Below are positions 51,531 to 59,218 of a DNA stretch of 59,218 nucleotides, one piece after another (positions within the stretch are counted from its first letter, which is position 1; each line of letters opens with the position of its first letter). The DNA is taken from positions 255,330 to 314,547 of the forward strand of contig WELA01000395.1 of the NCBI GenBank assembly GCA_009602735.1, in the 5' to 3' direction. Source of the DNA: Mesotaenium endlicherianum (taxonomy: Eukaryota). Below the pieces are notes generated by a model, which did no database searches, was not told the origin of the DNA, and saw only the letters and a program-made list of their open reading frames with translations. A program made the position numbers and the translations under genes.

Positions 51531-53786
51531 ATACAGTTGAATTTCTCCGGTTCCCCTTCCAGGTTGAACACCGGCAGCCTTCACAGGCCTCAATCCCCAA
51601 CTGACTTGGGAATTCTTGTTCACCTGAACCAATCGAACAAGTTCTCAGAAGTAGGACAGAAGCGTCTTACTTCCCCACAGGCTTTTGTTCAAGTTGAGGG
51701 TTTACAGAATGAACAAGTTTTGTGGTTTGCAGGATTCAGCACGTGTGCCTTCAACCTAGTCAACGTGTCGGTGCGTTGCTGCACGTGGGAAAATCGACCG
51801 AGTTAATGGTCCCCTGCACGTGTGTCGGTGACGGCAACCAGTTCCTTACTCTACCTTACCAACACTAAGTGGAAATTTTCAAAAATTTATCACATCCTCA
51901 GCTTCCCTTACAAGGGCAGAAGTGTCTTACTTTCACACAGGCTTTCGCCCTAGTTGAGGGTTTACAGAATGAACAAGTTTTGTGGTTTGCAAAAATCACG
52001 TCTAAGCAGCTTAACAGGCAATGCCAGATTCAGAGAAAATCGCCCTTCAAGGCTTTCGCTTAACTTCCACAAGTCACAGCTTACAAAACTCTGAAACTGC
52101 ACATCTACGCTGGCCAGGCCTGAGCTCTTCACTCAGCACCGCGCCTTAATAGCTCTTCACTGTTCGGCTGGGCTCACTCAGTTCTTCACTGAGAGCTTTA
52201 CTTGTTAAGGCTACTCTTGCTATCAGCAATTCGACAATTGAGGCTTCTGAGAACTTAGAAACTAACACAGCACTCACCATTTTAAGTGTCTCTCGCACGC
52301 TTGTGGCGTTTGACCCAAATCTGTGCTAATCTCCTAACATATTCTATTTTGCAGCTCTCCACCTTCTACCAGCGAGATCCTCCCTTGGGAACTCCTAAGG
52401 TCTAACCTTTCTATGATATACTTAGGAAGAAAATCTTCCAGCGTCGGCAGAAGCGTGGCGTCTCGGTTCTTCTATGGCCTTGAGAACTCCTTCTTCGTCG
52501 TGCTCCCTCCGCTTCTTCAACTTCCTCTGACAACAATGCGAGCAAGAATCAAGCAGCTTCAGGACTTGTGCCTTTCACAGGCACCACACATTGTCCTCTC
52601 TCGAGAATGCCAGTGCTTAGTCAGAGTGCTTAACTTGCATGCCGTCCTTAGCAGCTCTCACACCGCTTAGGAATTGTCATTCTGCATGCATGCATGCCTT
52701 GGGATTGTCGCGCGTGAGTGCTTAGCCCTTCAGCTGACAATCATACTTATGTGGCTGGCTGGCAACGTTTAGGATGCACGCTCAAGCCGTGACTTAGTCA
52801 CTTGAGGGTCTTGGCTGAGGTGGCACATAACGCCTCTGCAACATCCCTGCTGTACTTGGCTTAGATAGCCAATTGATCAGCACCTTTCCGGGCACTTGCT
52901 GGTTCCATACCCTTAGCCTTTCGACTGACTACTCCACTCAAATCCCCATCCATCCCTGGGCGTGGGTTTGACGCGTCGTGACCACTTTGACAGTGATGAC
53001 GACTTTGAAATGATCGCTGACTGTGATCTCTCGGTCCTTTGGTCGATTAGTCAACGCTGAATACCTGGGCGGCCGTAGCTTGTGCTGCGCGTGCGGCACC
53101 GTCAAGTGAATAGTCGTCGCGACATCTATGGAGAGGCGGGCTTGAATAAGCCCGCCTCCTTTCATTCTTTCTTTCGAGATCATCAGACATATATTTTATT
53201 GTAGATTAAATCCATATTTTACTGTGCCTTCTGACGGGTAAAACCACTTCTTTTTCCATCATCAAATTACGCATTGCTTCCTCCACTCGGTTTCATCTTG
53301 AATTTCTAGCGCCACTATTCAGTTCTGTACGATTCGTACACCAGCAGAGCATCCCAGGCCAGAAGCAGCCCAGAAGGCGGGAGGTGGATGCTGCAGGATG
53401 CTGCACGATGCCGGCATGTTATGCACATGCGTGTGGTGCAGGTCAGTGCAGGTAGATTGGGAATTCCTAGATCCTCCCACTCACGGCAAAGTGGTAGCGG
53501 GCAATGGTGCGTTTAGTAGCAGGTGCCAGGTTATAGTCCAGTGGGAGACATTGCTGCAGGGAAGAACAGGAGGGTCGTGCAGGGCAGTGCAGGTTACAAG
53601 TAAGGGTCCTGTCTTATCGCGCCCTTAGACGAGACCGAGCATCTGGCCCAATTCTGTGACGCTTGACCTAAGCAGGCTGCTTCGTTGTACTGGGAAGAGC
53701 ACGGGGAAGGAAGCTCTAGTCGCCATCTATATTGTGTTACTGTCAGTGAATCATCTACTTTAGAGGTAATTAACTTAGTCATAATA

Positions 53787-55730
53787 ATGTCTAGTTGGGA
53801 GTTAAGTACACCAGCAGTAGAAGGGGGCCCGCAAGGTACCATTGTATATACTTCTCAAGATAGCTCCCTTAAGAAGGTCTCAGAAGTTGCAGTGGGAGGA
53901 GTATTGGTTCTTTTAATAGTCATTATCGTCATGATGTTCATGAGACGAATAAGAGGACGTTGGTTAGTAGCTAATAGACAAAACCAGGCCACGACATTTA
54001 TCCTTCAAGCAGGCCAGGAACCTGGTAATGTTGTTCTTGTGCGAGTTGGAGAGCAAAGTGGACTTGATCCTCAGAGGATTAGAGAGTTGGGTCCTACCCT
54101 TGAATATTCAGCGGAGATTGGTTTGGAGGTCAAGGGAGGAAAGTCGTGTCCCGTATGTTTGGGAGACTACAAAGACAAGGATATGTTGCGAAAGTTGGAA
54201 AAGTGTGAACACTATTTTCATCAGGTTAGTGCCGACGCATCCTGCAGTTTGTTATTGACAGGAAGTTGAGTATTCTTTGAGAATCGGGTGGTTGCCAATC
54301 TTGAAGTGAATATGTTTCAAATTTGTCTGCGTCAAAGTCGCATGCTTGCCTGTCGTCGCGGTAATTATGTTGAAGGTGGTTGGAAGGAATGCCATGCTTG
54401 CTTGTCAGCAGAGGGTTATGAAGAAGTTGGTTGAAAGGAATGCAAAATGGTCATCTGTTTGAGGCGAATGGCAAAGTCCAAAAGCCTTGTATAACATCAT
54501 TTGAGAATGACCTGTACAATTTCGAGGACCTATGGAAATGGACTCTACTTATGAAAGCTGACATGAATGATAGAGTATATTCCTTTGATAGTGGAACATG
54601 TGCGAAGTGAAAATGATTGAATGCAAGCGAGTAGCATAGTACTTGTCACTTGTTAATGCTCTCTTGGTCAATGATATTCTGCTTGTCCTATGAGCTCATG
54701 CGCAGTGCAACTAAGTCATCCAGCAATATATTGGTGTGGGTCATATGGGGTTTTAATTCCACGTCATATGAGTGCCGGTGCTAGAACATCATAGCTTCAT
54801 GTGTGCCCTTCCCCGCTTTTTCTTCAGATTATTGAAACACCATCTTTGCCAGGAATGTCTCAGAAATAGAGAACTCTCTCTTTCTCTCTCTCTCACTGGA
54901 CCCAGTGATATACCTCTTGTTACTTAAGTGTGTAGTAAAAAGATGTGGTAATTGAATACTTACCTCTTGTCATCTTCAAATTTTAGGGGCAGTATGTATG
55001 AGGGTGAAAACTGGCTCAGTAGCGGGGCAATTGTTGGCAATGATCACATGTACAACATGGATATATATCGCAAGGTTGCTGGGTCTGCTTGTTTTATTCA
55101 TGAAGTACTTTGCCGCTTGCACATTTGCTAATAATGATCAGCATTCTGCTCACCAGATTCACGCCCATGTTCTAGAAACTCTTCAATATATATTCAATGC
55201 TTGGGTTGTGGGCAATGTGACAGATGCTTGCAGGCATGTGATGTGGGGATTTGCAATGATGCCTTTCATTGTGCAACCGTTGCTGCTTGAAGTGTGTCCT
55301 CCGCCTTCTGTCGTCCATTTTAAGTTTGATATATGCACAGTGGCCGCAGAAGCATGCTTGTTTGCGCGTGTGCTAGTGCATGTACATGTCTCTACGCCTG
55401 CTCATGTACATATGCACTGACATGCACATACAGCTCCATTGTGTTGTTCCTTTTGAAGTTTGTTTGCTAAGGTATAGTGCATGTTTCTTGGTTTGTTGCG
55501 TGCAGGAATGCATCGATGAGTGGCTCCAGAAGAGTGCCACTTGTCCAATCTGCCGCGTCTCTTACCTGCCAGAGGGCCCCAACTCCGCACCAGCGTCGGC
55601 TGCTCCTGCAGGCCCCAGCAGTGGTGAAGGTCACACTCACGGTGGCAGTCATGCTGTCAATATCCCCCCTGGGCATGCCCATGTGGAAGGTGCAGAGGCA
55701 GTTAGGACTCCCACGTATGTTGCCGGCTGA
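53787..55730 (+). CDS. ATL-family RING-H2 E3 ubiquitin ligase (~220 aa); exons 53787-54224, 55506-55730
   Basis: TM helix VAVGGVLVLLIVIIVMMF, basic stretch, GLD motif, CPVCLGDY...KCEHYFHQ|ECIDEWLQKSATCPICR; phase-0 GT-AG intron. Confidence 0.92.
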
Positions 55731-57797
55731 TTTATTTCGCTGGAAGCATCACTCTAGACGCAACTCTGATAGGAGAAGCCATGGCGTGAATACTGGTCGA
55801 GGGCGGCCCTCCCTTCATGATCGTTGCGCTCGTCGGGTACACATTCGCCTAGCGTGCTCACTCATCCCTTTCTGTATTTATATCTCTTGAGAGTGGTAAA
55901 TAGTCCTGTCAGCCTTCAGTCTGGTCATTTTCAGGGGCATTCTGCTCTAGGTTCAAGTTCTATGCCTGAGTCCAGCCTGCAGGCTATATGACAGTATAAT
56001 GTTAGGAGATTAGGCGTAGGATGCGCCAGCATCATCATGCGGTAGTGTTATTACGTACGGCAAACGCTTTTGAGATATTGGCTGTTAAACTTTGTGGGTA
56101 AAGTAAGCTTTACAAGTTGCGTCATTTGCGTCTATTGCATCTAGGTAAAGCATGCGACCGTCTATGGGCAGTTGTGCCCATTGTTAGTCGCAGTCACGGA
56201 GTACGGCCAATGGCTTGGGGCTAACTTAAGGGTTGATAGGCGTGTGTTTAGTGGACTTCGGCTTGTCACTCGTCCCCTTGAATCAATGCATGTAGACCGG
56301 CTTTTACTTTTCGCCTACTTTTGTCGATGTAGGTGGATAGTAATGAGTCATTTGTTTTTGATATTGAAGACAATGTGGCTAAGAAAAGCAAAGTTGCATG
56401 AGGCAAGTGGTCACCAATTTGTTGCAAGCTGGATTTTTTAGTCAAACGCATACTTCTCTTGATATCTGCCACATTTGTCAAGGGTGAGGCACTCAAAAGG
56501 GCGGATCTTTGTGGAGATTCACGACAGACATGTAGACTAGAAATTATGAAAATTTGCTTGATAGCCTTGTCTACTTATGCTTCTTATTTGAGGCCAGGAT
56601 GAACGCTTCATGCGTAATACAAATGATTTGCTCCTACGTTCAATCTTTGGTTGGCATGGGTGATGTTCTTGACCTCCACAGCGATGAAGACATCAATGTT
56701 ATATGTACACTAAGATGAGAAGCTTGCTGTTTAAAAAGAGCAAATATGCAAACCCTATGAAAATGCGCCAAAGAGGCGGCAAACAAAAAAACTTGTCTTG
56801 ATTATTTAAGTGGGTATGTTTGGTTGGAAAAGTAATCGGTAGTCATGAAGTAATAGCTGGCTGTGTAATACTTAAGTGTAGCGTGCATCCTCAATCTTGC
56901 GAAGGGCATTATAAACGCTGTCCACGTGCAGTAGCTCTTAGTCATACTCTGCTTGTTTGTAGTATTGTTTTTTTCATACAAATAAACTTGAAACCAATAC
57001 CAGCCAACACATTTGGGTAATCCGGCACAAAGTAAAACGTCTGACGGCGGGCAGGACCGGCCCACATCGGCGGCTAAGGTGGTACTTCGATTCCGCATGC
57101 GAGAAGCATACGATTGCGAATTAAAGGTACGGACAGGTACTAAACATTACCATCATTGGACAAGAAAGTCAAGGAAGGTCAGAGTGGTCAGCGAGCTATT
57201 GCAAGTTCGAGGGAGTGAAGTCACTGGAAGCTGACTGGAAGTCACCTTTTTTTGTTTTCGGTTCTGCTCAAAATGCACCCCCAAGACGCGAATAGTTCGT
57301 ACTGAGATGTTAATTTGGATGGGATCAACAGTGATGTCAAGGCAGAGTCACTAGGTCTAAACCGTCACTCGATCGGTGCTCTCTGCGAGGTAACTCAAGC
57401 TGCACAAAAAGTTGCTGCATGCACCAAGTTAGTTCGTGAGAAGCTTGTATTTCAGCATCATGTACGACAGTTTCTCGAGTGGTTGAGACTAAAGGAGAAT
57501 ATGACGAGAACACGAAGTCTTGTTGGCCTAGATCGAACGAAAGGGGTGGGATGCCGGACGTGATGAGAGCAAGGCCCGCGGATAAGTTGTTGCCCAAGAG
57601 CGTTTCTCGCCATTATGCCACGGTTCATGCCAGACCTTCTTTACGCCCTATCAGCTGAGGATTCACCGTAGCAAGTGACATTCCTTAGCTGCAGCTCACT
57701 AGAATTGCTTTGCTCCAGTTGAGGACAAATGCAGCTTCATCAAATGGCCTGAAAGACTCTTACAGTAAGCCGATCACTGCAACTAGCTTCCCTCACA

Positions 57798-58355
57798 ATG
57801 TGGCCCTTCTCCATTAAGCAGCAGTCCGAATCCGAGCACCTACTCTCTCATGATGGTGGAGCCACGGGTGACGGTGGCAGTATGCATGAGCCATCTTCCA
57901 GAGCCTCCTATCTACCACCTGGTAGTGCAGTCAACGGGGTCAACGAGGTCAAGGCAGGCAATGCCGCCAGCAGGGCCTCTGCGAGTTCTGGCCAAGATGG
58001 GCACACGTCAGATCTTGAGGTGCAGGCTCCAGTAGCTGCAGCTGGTACTGGTCGACTAGGTCAACCTGGTCAACCTGCTCAATCTGTTCAACCTGGTCAA
58101 CCTAGTTCGCTGGATCAGGCGGAGAAGGCTTCAGGAGGAGCGGGAGCCGAGCCCCAGGAAAGTCAGGGTCAACGTGGGAAGACTCCAGGGGTCAACTTTG
58201 ACTTCCTGCGACGCCTGGTGGCGCTGATGGTGCTGGCGCGCGCGCAGGGAGCCCTCATGCTTGTGGCTCTCTCTGTCGCAAACATCCTGATTGTCGCAAA
58301 CGTGGGGACGGTGGCAGGGTCCTTCTACAAGGCGCTCGTGAACGAGGACTGGCAG
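57798..58355 (+). CDS. First coding exon of an ABC transporter subfamily D protein (ABCD4-like); rest not identified, likely beyond the window
   Basis: GVNFDFLRRLVALM...LMLVALSVANILIVANVGTVAGSFYKALVNEDWQ|gtgcgc resembles the ABCD N-terminal TMD start. Confidence 0.62.
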
Positions 58356-59218
58356 GTGCGCGCGACGACACTGGGCACGTCTCTGGCACGACACTTGGCA
58401 TGGCTTTTTCTGTGGGCATGCCGTTGGCCTCGCCATCCTTTTAGCTCTGACATGAAGCAGGCGTGCCGGGGGGGTTTGTGCTTGGTGCGACATGTGGATT
58501 ATGATTTCGATTCCGATCCCAAGAATCTCGATTCAAATTTGCATACAGAATCGGATGTTGGAGCAGACTTGCTACGGGGGCGTGCCATGAATGCACGGTT
58601 GCATGCATGCACAGATGTATGGGTGCATGCATGCACGCATGGAGCATGGTTCCAAGGGTGCAATGCATGGATGCATTGGTGCGTGCTTGTCCGCGCGCGC
58701 GCGCACTTGAGAGGGGGGGATCCCTGCATGAACCGCAGAGACGTGCAACTCCGGCCCTCCAGGTCAATGTTGGTCAACGCTTTTCAGCATAGGTCAACAA
58801 GGGTCCACGCAGGCTCTGAGGGAAGCCTATGGGCCCCGGAGACTAGTGGCACTCGCCTTTGATGCTAAGCCCGAAACTCACACGCCCCCTGGCCAGCTCA
58901 AACTGGTCAAAGGTTCAGGGCGTTGAGAGGGTCAGAGGGGTGGAGGGAGGCTTGACACATTTCGAGCACTAGGGATGAAGGCCTGCCCCCTCGCTGCACT
59001 TTCCCTAGAGGCTACGCTCGAAGCAGCCCAAAATTCCCAGACTGCATGCCTCTCTCTTATTCGTCAAAATGACGGCGGACACACCAGAACTACAAGAGTT
59101 ACAATATCCTCTGAATGAAGAACGGAAGCAAAGTGAAGAAAACTGCAACTTTTGTACTTTCTGAGATGTGTTCATGGACAATCACTTTCATTTGCCTTTG
59201 CCCTAACTCCCCCCCCCC

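Larger units (their letters stand above)
32417..51912 (-). mobile_element. Element A: decayed Ty3/Gypsy LTR retrotransposon, gag - [deleted segment] - C5-DNA methyltransferase - linker - RT - RNase H - integrase - PHD, interrupted by three nested insertions
   Basis: Coding segments join exactly across the TSDs of the B and solo-LTR insertions; 3' LTR 32417-32736 with PPT; partial LTR copy at 51737-51912. Linkage of the gag part to the pol part is inferred across a deletion. Confidence 0.8.

Overview
Eukaryotic nuclear DNA, most likely from a streptophyte (charophyte-type) green alga; this is inferred from the plant-type CRM and ATL genes, GC-rich exons, (GT)n/(CA)n-rich introns and a TATA/CAA-type tRNA upstream region. 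Host genes are RPB8 (partial, -), a 4-exon CRM-domain RNA-binding protein (+), two paralogous small organelle-targeted proteins (7.8-8.9 kb -, 26-27 kb +), an intronless F-box/LRR-like gene, an intronless animal-type membrane-anchored UDP-glycosyltransferase (with a 1.1-kb assembly duplication), tRNA-His(GTG), an ATL-type RING-H2 E3 ligase and the first exon of an ABCD4-like transporter. A decayed DIRS-type retroelement lies at about 15.7-17.75 kb. The 32.4-52 kb region is a nest of Ty3/Gypsy elements. The outer, decayed element A (- strand) is the highlight: it encodes a DNMT3-like C5 cytosine methyltransferase upstream of RT and a PHD finger at the integrase C-terminus. Nested in A are an intact chromovirus B (TSD ACTGT, -1 frameshift signal), a solo LTR (TSD AAGAT) and a 5'-truncated chromovirus C of the same family as that solo LTR.
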